In this document: positions 25,213 to 37,100 of the stretch, one piece after another
Position numbering within the stretch: position 1 is the first letter of the stretch
How the letters are laid out: every line of letters begins with the position of its first letter
From: Malacoraja senta
Lineage: Eukaryota
Assembly (NCBI GenBank): GCA_038087875.1
Contig: CM075995.1
Coordinates: 5,520,001-5,584,000 of the forward strand
DNA: 64,000 nt
Direction of reading: 5' to 3'
Notes under the pieces: model-generated
Databases searched by the model: none
What the model was told of the DNA's origin: nothing
The model's input: only the letters and a program-made list of their open reading frames with translations
Position numbers and translations under genes: made by a program

Positions 25213-28210
25213 TGCTTTGAAATGTTGCACTGCAAATGGTTGTTGGTGGTGGTAACTGCTTTGAAATGCTGCACCGCAAATGGTTGGTGGTGGTGGCAAC
25301 AGCTTTGAAATGCTGCACCGCAAATGGTTGGTGGTGGTGGTAACTGCTTTGAAATGCTGCACCGCAAATGGTTTTTGGTGGTGGCAACTGCTTTGAAATG
25401 CTGCACCGTAAATGGTTGTTGGTGGTGGCAACAGCTTTGAAATGCTGCACTGCAAATGGTTGTTGGTGGTGGCAACTGCTTTGAAATGCTGCACCGCAAA
25501 TGGTTGTTGGTGGTGGCAACTGCTTTGAAATGCTGCACAGCAAATGGTTGTTGGTAGTGGCAACTGCTTTGAAATGCTGCACCGCAAGTGGTTGTTGGTG
25601 GTGGCAACTGCTTTGAAATGCTGCACAGCAAATGGTTGTTGGTGGTGGCAACTGCTTTGAAATGCTGCACCGCAAATGGTTGTTGATGGTGGCAACTGCT
25701 TTGAAATGCTGCACCGCAAATGGTTGTTGGTGGTAGCAACTGCTTTGAAATGCTGCATCGCAAATGGTTGTTGGTGGTGGCAACTGCATATGGTTGTTGG
25801 TGGTGGCAACTGCTTTGAAATGCTGCACTGCAAATGGTTGTTGGTGGTGGCAACTGCTTTGAAATGCTGCACTGCAAATGGTTGTTGGTGGTGGTAACTG
25901 CTTTGAAATGCTGCACTGCAAATGGTTGTTGGTGGTGATAACTGCTTTGAAATGCTGCACTGCAAATGGTTGTTGGTGGTGGCAACTGCTTTGAAATGCT
26001 GCACCGCAAATGGTTGTTGGTGGTGGCAACTGCTTTGAAATGCTGCACAGCAAATGGTTGTTGGTAGTGGCAACTGCTTTGAAATGCTGCACCGCAAATG
26101 GTTGTTGGTGGTAGCAACTGCTTTGAAATGCTGCATCGCAAATGGTTGTTGGTGGTGGCAACTGCATATGGTTGTTGGTGGTGGCAACTGCTTTGAAATG
26201 CTGCACTGCAAATGGTTGTTGGTGGTGGCAACTGCTTTGAAATGCTGCACTGCAAATGGTTGTTGGTGGTGGTAACTGCTTTGAAATGCTGCACTGCAAA
26301 TGGTTGTTGGTGGTGATAACTGCTTTGAAATGCTGCACTGCAAATGGTTGTTGGTGGTGGCAACTGCTTTGAAATGCTGCACCGCAAATGGTTGTTGGTG
26401 GTGGCAACTGCTTTGAAATGCTGCACAGCAAATGGTTGTTGGTAGTGGCAACTGCTTTGAAATGCTGCACCGCAAGTGGTTGTTGGTGGTGGCAACTGCT
26501 TTGAAATGCTGCACAGCAAATGGTTGTTGGTGGTGGCAACTGCTTTGAAATGCTGCACCGCAAATGGTTGTTGATGGTGGCAACTGCTTTGAAATGCTGC
26601 ACCGCAAATGGTTGTTGGTGGTAGCAACTGCTTTGAAATGCTGCATCGCAAATGGTTGTTGGTGGTGGCAACTGCATATGGTTGTTGGTGGTGGCAACTG
26701 CTTTGAAATGCTGCACTGCAAATGGTTGTTGGTGGTGGCAACTGCTTTGAAATGCTGCACTGCAAATGGTTGTTGGTGGTGGTAACTGCTTTGAAATGCT
26801 GCACTGCAAATGGTTGTTGGTGGTGATAACTGCTTTGAAATGCTGCACTGCAAATGGTTGTTGGTGGTGGTAACTGCTTTGAAATGCTGCACCGCAAATG
26901 GTTGGTGGTGGTGGCAACAGCTTTGAAATGCTGCACCGCAAATGGTTGTTGGTGGTGGTAACTGCTTTGAAATGCTGCACTGCAAATGGTTTTTGGTGGT
27001 GGCAACTGCTTTGAAATGCTGCACCGTAAATGGTTGTTGGTGGTGGCAACAGCTTTGAAAAGCTGCACTGCAAATGGTTGTTGGTGGTGGCAACTGCTTT
27101 GAAATGCTGCACCGCAAATGGTTGTTGGTGGTGGCAACTGCTTTGAAATGCTGCACAGCAAATGGTTGTTGGTAGTGGCAACTGCTTTGAAATGCTGCAC
27201 CGCAAGTGGTTGTTGGTGGTGGCAACTGCTTTGAAATGCTGCACAGCAAATGGTTGTTGGTGGTGGCAACTGCTTTGAAATGCTGCACCGCAAATGGTTG
27301 TTGGTGGTGGCAACTGCTTTGAAATGCTGCACCGCCAATGGTTAATGGTTGTTGGTGGTAGCAACTGCTTTGAAATGCTGCATCGCAAATGGTTGTTGGT
27401 GGTGGCAACTGCATATGGTTGTTGGTGGTGGCAACTGCTTTGAAATGCTGCACTGCAAATGGTTGTTGGTGGTGGCAACTGCTTTGAAATGCTGCACTGC
27501 AAATGGTTGTTGGTGGTGGTAACTGCTTTGAAATGCTGCACTGCAAATGGTTGTTGGTGGTGATAACTGCTTTGAAATGCTGCACTGCAAATGGTTGTTG
27601 GTGGTGGCAACTGCTTTGAAATGCTGCACCGCAAATGGTTGTTGGTGGTGGCAACTGCTTTGAAATGCTGCACCGCAAATGGTTGTTGGTGGTGGCAACT
27701 GCTTTGAAATGCTGCACAGCAAATGGTTGTTGGTAGTGGCAACTGCTTTGAAATGCTGCACTGCAAGTGGTTGTTGGTGGTGGCAACTGCTTTGAAATGC
27801 TGCACAGCAAATGGTTGTTGGTGGTGGCAACTGCTTTGAAATGCTGCACCGCAAATGATTGTTGATGGTGGCAACTGTTTTGAAATGCTGCACCGCAAAT
27901 GGTTGTTGGTGGTAGCAACTGCTTTGAAATGCTGCACCGCAAATGGTTGTTGGTGGTGGCAACTGCATATGGTTGTTGGTGGTGGCAACTGCTTTGAAAT
28001 GCTGCACTGCAAATGGTTGTTGGTGGTGGCAACTGCTTTGAAATGCTGCACTGCAAATGGTTGTTGGTGGTGGTAACTGCTTTGAAATGCTGCACTGCAA
28101 ATGGTTGTTGGTGGTGATAACTGCTTTGAAATGCTGCACTGCAAATGGTTATTGGTGGTGGTAACTGCTTTGAAATGCTGCACTGCAAATGGTTGTTGGT
28201 GGTGGTAACT
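25213..28210. repeat. 44-bp satellite array, ~70 units
   Basis: Unit gcaactgctttgaaatgctgcaccgcaaatggttgttggtggtg with few variants; five 26-bp deletion units. Confidence 0.97.
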
Positions 28211-28595
28211 TGACAACTTCCTGTTTGCACTGGATATTGATTTTAGATAAAACGCTACTACTTACGGCTGTGATTTTTGGCCATCTTACTCAGTCCCCCT
28301 CCGCTCATCAGGTGCAGAGGATTCCTCCCATCAATGAAAAATAAAAGTGTTATTAGTGTTTAAAAAAATGTTGAGAATCTCTCTCCTTTCAATCACGCCA
28401 CGAAGGCCAAGCCTCTTCCAGTGGAAGGGGGGAGGGATTATAAAACCCGGAAGTGTGGGTGTGGCTCGGTCTCTGCAAGATGGGGGAGGGAGAGGTCACG
28501 GCTCTGTCTGAGCTGTGAATCAACGGAACACACAATGTCTACTGAAATGTGAGTGTGGTGTTTTGTGTGGTTTTATGGTGGTTTTATGGTGGTTT

Positions 28596-28995
28596 CACCC
28601 TGCTTATGGTATGAAACTGCATTTGAATGTGGTTGCCTTGCACCCTGCATGAAATGGTATGAAACTGCACTTGAGTTTGGTGGCCCTGCACCCTGCTTGA
28701 AGTGATAGGAAACTGCACTTGAATTCAGTGGCCTTGCACCCTGTTTGAAGTGGTCGGAAACTGCACTTGAATTCGGTGGCCTTGCACCCTGCTTAAAGTG
28801 ATAGGAAACTGCACTTGAATTCGGCAGCCTTGCACCCTGCTTGAAGTGGTAGGAAACTGCACCTGAATTTGGTGGCCTTGCACCCTGTTTGAAGAGGTAA
28901 GAAACTCCACTTGAATTTGGTGGCCTTGCACCCTGCTTGAAAGGGTAGGAAACTGCATTTGAATTTGGTGGCCTTGCACCCTGTTTGAAATGGAA
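28596..28995. repeat. 48-bp minisatellite, ~8 units
   Basis: Unit gaaactgcacttgaattcggtggccttgcaccctgcttgaagtggtag; gives 16-aa periodicity in ORF 28573-29106. Confidence 0.93.
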
Positions 28996-29289
28996 TTTCA
29001 AGGAATAGCTGTGAGTCAACTGCTCGCCCACCAGCCGTGAGTGAGCTGCCAGCACATCAGGCTTGAGTGACTGAGCTGTCACCCCAAGAATCCATTTGGC
29101 CAACAATGTCCATACTAGCCTTCTGGAAACCAGTCCCTTCAGCCCACAATACCCATACTAGCGCTCCAGAAATCCCCCCCCCCCCCCCACTGGCCACCAA
29201 TATTGGAATTGGCGGAGAGGTGGAATATTGTGTTGGGGGACCAGCCCTCCTGTGTGAACATGGGACCCAACGGGTCCCACTTGGTCTAG

Positions 29290-30385
29290 TCTGTATCTAT
29301 AAATTACTAAAACTCTCATCTTGTTTGTTTGTGTGCGTGCATGGATGTGATTTCCCAAAACCCCCCCAAAACGGTACACGATAGCGCTACAATTGTTGGC
29401 CACCTTACTCGCCATTGTCCTGGGATGTATATGAAACAAGTTTTGTTCGGATTGATGGTATATTTTATAAGTTATTGACATTTTAAACTTTACAAAAATC
29501 ACTTTTCAAACCACTATTCCACTTGCCCTGCCCGTCAGCCACGTTACAAGATGTCACAATGACAAGGGAGGGGAAAATGGGGGAGGGGAGAGGGAGGGGA
29601 AGTGAGGTGGGGAAGGGGGGAATAGAGGGAGAGGAGGGGGAAGTGGAGATAGAGGGCGAGGAGGGCAGTGGGGGGGGTGAGGAGAGAGAGTGGAGGAATG
29701 GGGGTGGTGAGGAGTGGGGGAGCAGGGGGATAGAGGAGAGTGGTTATGTAGGGAGGGAGTGACTGAGGGTAGGGGAAAGGAGAGGGAGGGGTGGAGGAGA
29801 TGGGAAAGAAGACTGAGGGTGAAGAGAAGGGGAGGGAGTGCTGGGGATGAGGGGGAATGGAGGAGGATAGGGGTAGGAAGAGGGATGGCGAGGCGCAGTT
29901 AGGGGAGGGTTGCCGTGACTCGCGTCACAAAGGGGATCTCTGGTGTCACAACGGGAACCCCTCGGCCTGCGCAGTTGGGGGCTATGGAACAGCGGTGGAA
30001 TATTGCTTTGGGGGACTCTCATCTTGTTTGTTTGCATGGATATGTGTGATATTCCAAAACCCCGGCAAAATGGTACATGATAACGCTACAAGTTTTGGCC
30101 CACCTTTCTCACCATTGTCCTGGGATGTAAAATAAACAAGTTTTGTTCGGATTGATGTTATATTTTACAAGTTATTAACATTTTAAACTTTACAAAAAAT
30201 ACTTTTCAAACCACTTTTCCACTTGCCCTGCCTGTCAGCCACGTTCAACGTTACAATGGGATCCCGAATCTCATTTTCATAACGATTTTCAAAAAAACTT
30301 TTAAATCAAGTTCTTCCATTTTCATTAACAGCTAACATTGTGTTTAGGTTATTTTAAATAAAATTCGCGATTTTCATTATGGGGG
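29290..30385 (+). mobile_element. Second Helitron with internal duplication, running into the gap
   Basis: 5' tctataaattactaaaactctcatcttg; 29312-29560 repeated at 30015-30260; purine-rich middle. Confidence 0.65.
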
Positions 30386-30585
30386 NNNNNNNNNNNNNNN
30401 NNNNNNNNNNNNNNNNNNNNNNNNNNNNNNNNNNNNNNNNNNNNNNNNNNNNNNNNNNNNNNNNNNNNNNNNNNNNNNNNNNNNNNNNNNNNNNNNNNNN
30501 NNNNNNNNNNNNNNNNNNNNNNNNNNNNNNNNNNNNNNNNNNNNNNNNNNNNNNNNNNNNNNNNNNNNNNNNNNNNNNNNNNNNN
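30386..30585. other. Assembly gap, 200 N
   Basis: Run of exactly 200 N. Confidence 1.
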
Positions 30586-31336
30586 ATACAATACAATAAT
30601 ACTTTATTAGCCAAGTATGTTTTGCAACATATGAGGAATTTCATTTGCCAAGTCAGTCATACAAATAAAAAAGCAACAGAACGCACAAAATACATTTTAA
30701 CATAAACATCCACCACAGTGACTCCTCCACCACATTCCTCACTGTGATGGAAGGCGAAAAAAAAGTTCAAATCTCTTCCCTTCTTTGTCCTCATGCATTC
30801 GGGGGCCTCGAGGCTTCCGTTGACACGACGATCTTGGCTCCTGTAGCCGGCGGCGTTCGGGCCCTCGGCATCGGGGCGATCACTCCTGCATTGGGTGGGG
30901 GGGGGGGGGTAATCTCAGCTCCCCCGCGGCGAGCGATTGGATCCCGGGTCGGGGCTTGTCGAGCCTTCTGCGTTGTTGGAGCTCCCGACATCCACGGTCT
31001 CTCTCTCGATGGTAAAGTCCGCAGGCCGCGGTTGGAGCGATCCCAGGCAAGGGATCGGCTCCGATGGTAAGTCCACACCCTGCGGTGGGGCTCAAAGTCA
31101 GTCCCGAGCAAGGCCTCCAGCTCGAAGATGTTAGGCTGCAGAGCGACCGGAGATACGACCCAGAAAGTAATCGCATCTCCGGCAAGGTAAGAGAATGAAA
31201 AACAAGTTTACACCCACCCCCTCCCCCTCATAAAACAAACCAGAGAACATCAAAACACACTCAAAATAACAAAAAAAGACAAAGAAACAGACAGACTGTT
31301 GGCGAGGCTGCCAATCATATGGCGCCCCCTGGTGGT
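30586..31336 (-). mobile_element. GC-rich non-coding retroposon with CTCF-like motif at its 5' end
   Basis: (atac-a)n-type tail next to aataaa on the minus strand; shared stem motif at 30708-30754; minus-strand start ccaccagggggcgcc. Confidence 0.6.
31321..31335 (-). promoter_or_regulatory. Consensus CTCF core motif
   Basis: Minus strand CCACCAGGGGGCGCC. Confidence 0.5.
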
Positions 31337-32021
31337 ATTTCTCCTCATAAACCCTTGCCTTCTAAGTTCTTGATTCCCCTACCCTGAGAAAAATAGTCTG
31401 AGCATTAACCTATCTGTTCCAATCATGGGTCCCTTTAAAAATAACTATTTTAGGCCACCAAGTATATTACAATATCTAGTTGATGTGCATGATGGACAAG
31501 TAATTCAATGTATTAATTCAAGTAATAATGAACAATTAATTCCACAGATATGGAAACTGTGCAGAGACCATCCAGAATGCATTACTAAGAACAGGTAGAT
31601 ATTTTGGGGAAACCAGGAACTGCAGAAGATGTTTTTTACACAAAGGCCACAAAGTGCTGGAGTAACTCACAGGGTCAGGCAGCACCCATAGTCAGAACAT
31701 GGATAGGTGATGTTTCGGTTGGGACCCATCTTGATTGCAGCCCATTCGGCTAGTCAATGCAAGAGTTGATGCAGGTGGTTCAGATGTCCCCAAGCTCATT
31801 TCAGCTGGGAGAACATGGATAGGTGACTTTTCGGGTCAGGATCCTTCTTCAGACTGATTGGGGGGCGGGGCAAGAAAGCTTGAGAGGAAGGGAAGGACAA
31901 CCCCCCCCCTCCCTCATCTGTATCAACCTATAATCTTGTACTGCCCCTCACCTCTTCTATCCTTCTTCTCCACTCCTCCTCCCCCCAGTCAGTCTGAAGA
32001 AGGGTCCCGATTCATAACGTC

Positions 32022-32480
32022 ATAAGAAATAGGAGGAGAATTAGACTATTCGGCCCATCAAGTCTACTCGGCCATTCAATAGACAATAGGTGCAGGAGTA
32101 GGCCATTCGGCCCTTTGAGCCAGCACCGCCATTTAATGTGATCATGGCTGATCATCCCCAATCAGTACCCCGTTCCTGCCTTCTCCCCATATCCCCCGAC
32201 TCCGCTACCTTTAAGAACCCTATCTAGCTCTCTCTTGAAAGTATCCAGAGAACCGGCCTCCACCGCCCTCTGAGGCAGAGAATTCCACAGACTCACAACT
32301 CTCTGTAAGAAAAAGTGTTTCCTCGTCTCCATTCTAAATGGCTTACCCCTTATTCTTAAATCATTGAATCATGGCTGATCTATCACTCCCTCCTAACCCC
32401 ACTCTCCTGCCTTCTCCCCATAACCTCTGACATCTGCATTAATCAAGAATCTATCTATCTCTGCCTTAAAAATATCCACC
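32022..32480 (-). mobile_element. Nested CR1 3' ends inside a Penelope-derived element
   Basis: ataggtgcaggagtaggccattcggccc...cctgccttctccccata CR1 3' UTR motifs. Confidence 0.75.
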
Positions 32481-33337
32481 AAACTCAAAAGTCAAAAATT
32501 CTAAACTAAAATATTCATTGACTCAAAGCGTCACCTAGCCATGTTCTCCAGCGATGCTGTCTGACCCACTAATTTTCTCCCATACTTTGGTCCAATGTAG
32601 ATATTTTGTGACCCCCCCCACGCACATTTACCAATAAGCCTTTTCAATTTAGAGAAAGAACATTGGAACAGCAAATAGCTAATGAGCAAGAGAACACAAA
32701 TCAAGATGTGAACACGGCAGAATCAGAAACGATAATTAAATAGCAGGAAATAACATCATGACAGAGATGGTATTCCATGTTAAATTCCTCTCAATACAAA
32801 ATAACAACTTGTCATGTGCAATTCTACAAGTATTAGAAACCATGATTTCAACACAAATGCCTTAAAGCTACCTGCACAGAGATTCTGATACAGAGTGAAA
32901 TGAGTGCCACATGGAATCAGTTTCAAGGCTCTCAGTAAGCTGTGCGGACAGGAATCTGAGAAAATCTGAGAAAAAAGAACCTCGGTAACTGAGCAATGTT
33001 CATAATCATCTGTCATCTCAAGTGGGACATTATGTTAAAAGTGACACAAAAGCACGCCTTGATGTGGAAATTTAAAGCCCTGATTTTGTGCTGACCAGAT
33101 GACACCATTAGATTTCAGTGCATCTCCTGCAATTTGAAGTAATGCCCACCGTTTGTATTGTATTGGCACAGTGCATAGAAGGCTCGAGGAATAAAATACT
33201 GTATTTCTAAAAAGAGAGTAGACACAAAAAGCTGGAGTAACTCAGCAGGTCAGACCAGAGAAAAAGAATAGGTGTCGTTTTGAGTCGAGACCCTTCTCCT
33301 TCCTTCTCTCCAGAGATGCGGCCTGATCCGCTGAGTT

Positions 33338-33578
33338 AAGCCCCTGTCCCACTTTCACGACCTAATTCACGACCTCTGCCGAGTTTGCCATTGACTCGTA
33401 CTCGCAGCATGGTCGTCATGAGGTCGTAGGTAGGTCGTAGGTAGGTCTCAGGAGGCCGTAGGTAGGTCGTAGGTACTCGTGGCATCAAGTAGGTCGGGGC
33501 GTTTTTTCTAGCACAATGAAAAATGTCCACGAGTTAAAAAAGGTGGTGAATTAGGTTGTGAAAGTGAGACAGGGGCTT
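33338..33578. mobile_element. MITE with ~37-bp terminal inverted repeats (PIF/Harbinger-like), nested in a Penelope-derived element
   Basis: aagcccctgtcccactttcacgacctaattcac ... gtgaattaggttgtgaaagtgagacaggggctt; internal (aggtcgtaggt)n. Confidence 0.75.
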
Positions 33579-36234
33579 TTTGTGTCTATCTTCGGTTCAA
33601 ACCACTACCTACAGTTCCTTCCTACCCATTTCCTACACCGAATGGCCTAATTCTACTCCTATCACTTATGAGCTTATGACTTATTTTGTCTAAAAAGAGA
33701 GTAACTGGAGGGAAAGAGTAGTAAGAGGAACATATAAACAAGAGCAGAGGATTTCGCTTATCAGATTGACATTATTCAATTAGGTCGTGGCTGACCATAA
33801 CTCCATAACACAGATGGCTTGTATTAATTCCATTGTCGTTTAATCCCCTTAACAAATAAAACTCCAGCTGGCGAACAATGAAACCTTCGTAGATCATGTG
33901 CACTGTGACTAGCCAACATTCGATGTTGAGATCCACTCCAACCACAGTTGTTCCAAAGATCTCACCACCACACCTCAGCTAAAGCTCCAAAGAGGTAATC
34001 AGAGAATGCTGCAGTGACTTTTAGAAGACTCAACAAATCAGTTCAGTTCAGTTCAGTTTATTGTCACGCGTACCGAGGTACAGCAAAAAGCTTTTTTTTG
34101 CGTAGGAAGGAACTGTTGATGCTGGTTTACACCGAAGATAGACACAAAATGCTGGAGTAACTCAGCGGGACTGAGACTGAAGAAGGGTCTCGACCCGATT
34201 ACTTCTATCCAGGGATGCTGCTTGTCCCACTGAGTTACTCCAGCCTTTTGTGAAAAGCTTTTTTTGGTGCGTACTAACCAGTCAGCGGAAAGACAATACA
34301 TGATTACAATCCAGCCATTCGCAGTGTACAGATACGATACGATAGAACTTTATTTATCCCAGGAGATAAAAATGTAATATGTGATTGTAGATCTGCTTCT
34401 GTGGCTAGCAAGCAAATAGTCACATGGGTTGGGCGGGCGTCATCTTGGAATACAAGGTTTGAAACCAATTATTAACCAGGCACAAAAGTTATATTTTGTT
34501 AAGGGACAAAATGGTAGTTGACAATTGGTCATTGGTAGTGGACAAGTTCCCAGCTGCAATAATATACCTGCCTGGGTCATGGGTCTGAGGTCACCACCTT
34601 CAGCTTTTCAGAACTTTATGTATGAGTCGGAGATGCTGTTCCACCATCCTGCTCTTAATGACCACTGTTCATCATTCCCAGAAGCACAATATTTCCATTT
34701 TGGCTGGAAAGCATTGCTACCTTAAGAGGAAAGTCACAAAATGCTGGAGTAACTCAGTGGGTCAGGCAGCATTAGGCGACGTTTCGGGTCGGGACTCTTC
34801 TTCAGGCTGGTTTCTTTGTTTCTACTTGTTTCTATTGCTCCTTAAAGCTCTACTCTTCTAAGTTCTGTAGGCTGCTGCTCAAAACGCAGATACACTTGGC
34901 GGCAGGGTGGGCAGGGGCAGACCTACTGCCTTACAGCGCCAGAGACCCGGGTTCGATTCTGGCTAGGGGTGTTGACTGTACGGAGTTTGTACGTTCTCCA
35001 TCTATTTTCGTATCATCCGCAAACTTGGCCACAAACTCTTCAATCCCCACACTAGCCTTCAAGCCAGCAGTCCTGTGACAACTGGTGGAAAGTGCACGTG
35101 CAGTTGCCAATCAACGACCTGTCTGCCGGTGATGCTATCTGGTGTTTTATGGTGCATCAATGCACACCATCTTCGCTCCCATATCCACAAAGATGTTTCA
35201 AATGCAAAAGTTTTTCTGAGTTATGCAACAGCTCCACCAGGCATTGCACCTGAAAAATGCACCCTCACATAAGTTCAGAAGTTCTTGGAGCAGAATTAGG
35301 TCGTCTACTCCACCATTCAATCATGGCTGATCTATCCTTCCCTCTCAACCCCATTCTCCTGCCTTCTCCCCATAACCCTGACACCCATACTCCACGTTAG
35401 TGTAGAGTTATCCCAAGTCAGGTCGCATGCAACATTTATCCAAAGGCAAGGGTGGAATAAAAAGTAATTTGTAGAATCAGTTCATGTATTACAATATCCT
35501 CCTTTGAAAAATGTCAAAATAGAGACAACTTTCAGACATGGATCATTCATAAACTCTAATGTTGGCTGAACACAAAATGCTGGAGTAACTCAACAGGTCA
35601 GGCAGCATCTCTGGAGAAAATGGATAGGTGATGTTTCGAGTCAAGTCCCAACACCTATCCATTTTCGGACTCAACCTGTAACGTCACCTAACCATTTCTC
35701 CAGAGATGCTGCCTGTCTCGCTAAGTTACTCAAGCATTTAGTTTAGTTTAGTTTAGAGATACAGGGTGGAAACATGCCCTTCGGCCCACCGAGTCCGCGC
35801 TGACCAGCGATCACCCCGTACACTAGCACTATTCTACACACACTAGGGACAATTTATAATTTTACTCAGCAAATGTGTTGATATTTTTGATTGCTGGGTT
35901 TTCAGTCGAAAGCTGAGAGTTACAAGTTTGATAATTTACAATCAGTACAAATAACGGCAATCAAAAAGCAAAAAAAAAACTGCAGTTAGAGTCTGAAGAA
36001 GGGTTTCAGCCCAAAACGTAGCCTATTCCTTTTTTCCAGAGATGCGGCCAGTCCCACTGAATTAATCCAGTATTTTATATCTATCTTCGGTGTAAACCAG
36101 CATCTGCAGTTCCTTCCTGCACAAATAACTGCAGTTTAGTTTAGTTTAGTTTAGTTTAGTTTAGTTTAGAGGTACAGCTCGGAAACAGGCCCTTCGGCCC
36201 ACCGAGTCCATACCGACCAGCGATCTTCCACCCA

Positions 36235-37100
36235 GTTCCCTGGGCGGCGCGACTTTTCGTTGCAGCGGCCTCTGCAGTCCGTCTGTCTTTTTATTATTTT
36301 TGTCTCGTTTTTATGTAGTTTTTATTATTTTTTTTGTCGGGGTATGTGTGTGGGGGGGTGGGGGTGGGGGTGGGGGGGGGGAAACTTTAAAATCTTTCCG
36401 CTGCACGGGAGACCCGACCTTTTCTTTGTCGGGTCTCCGTTGTCGTTGGGGCTGGGCAACGTGGAGCGGCCTCCAGCAGGAACGACCTGGGGCTCCCGTG
36501 GAGCTGCGGACTGCTCGCCGTCGCGGGGCTGGCCGAGTCCGGAGCGGGTGGAGCTGTGGTGGAGACAATCGCTGCTGCGACCCGACCGCCGGAGATTCGG
36601 AGGCTACAACCGCGGGTCTGGCGGACGGCAACACTGGAAGCCCGCGGGTCCCCTGGTGGGAGACTGCTTTTCGGGGCTTCCGCAGCGGCGACTTCTCCCG
36701 CCCGAGTTGCGGGGGTTGAGGAGCACCTGGAGCGGGGCTTTATCCCCCCGCGCGGCTTGGAATGGCCGCCGGACTTTGCGGGCGAGCGCCGGGGCTCTAA
36801 CACCAAGACCCGGTGCGCGACCTTGCATCACCCGGCGTGGCTTTAATGGCTGCGGGATAATCACCATCGCCCGCCGGGGGCTTTGACTTTGACTCTGACA
36901 TCGGGGGGGGGGGGAGTGCAGTGGAGAGATTACGTTATTTTTGCCTTCCATCACAGCGTTGTGATGGATGTATGTGTAAATTGTGTTGTGTCTCGGGTCT
37001 TCTTTGTTTTGTATTGTATGGCTGCAGAAACGACATTTCGTTTGGACCTCAAGGGGTCCAAATGACAAATTTGTCCTCAAAAGACAAATAAATTGAATTG
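36235..37100 (+). mobile_element. GC/CpG-rich non-coding retroposon
   Basis: ccttccatcacagcgttgtgatgg stem, ttggacctcaaggggtccaa hairpin, aataaa and (attg)n-like tail; same architecture as 30586-31336. Confidence 0.6.

Larger units (their letters stand above)
24839..29289 (+). mobile_element. Non-autonomous Helitron (~4.45 kb) with internal duplication and two tandem arrays
   Basis: A|TCgatattactaaaa 5' end; TGGGACCC-AAC-GGGTCCCA hairpin (29261-29279) then CTAG|T; module 24861-25190 repeated at 28209-28560. Confidence 0.75.

Noticed and set aside
25213..28210. CRISPR array
   Set aside because: Contiguous tandem units with no unique spacers, eukaryotic context, no cas genes.
25164..28230. 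724-1020 aa ORFs as real genes
   Set aside because: All frames give the same permuted peptide from a 44-bp satellite inside a transposon.
28573..29106. 177-aa repeat protein
   Set aside because: Translation of the 48-bp minisatellite within the Helitron.
30349..30705. ORFs containing X runs
   Set aside because: Artefacts of the N gap.
36260..36886. GC-rich overlapping ORFs or CpG-island promoter
   Set aside because: Lie within a retroposon; stop scarcity is explained by GC content. The same applies to 14190-14618, 30744-31185 and 51077-52470.
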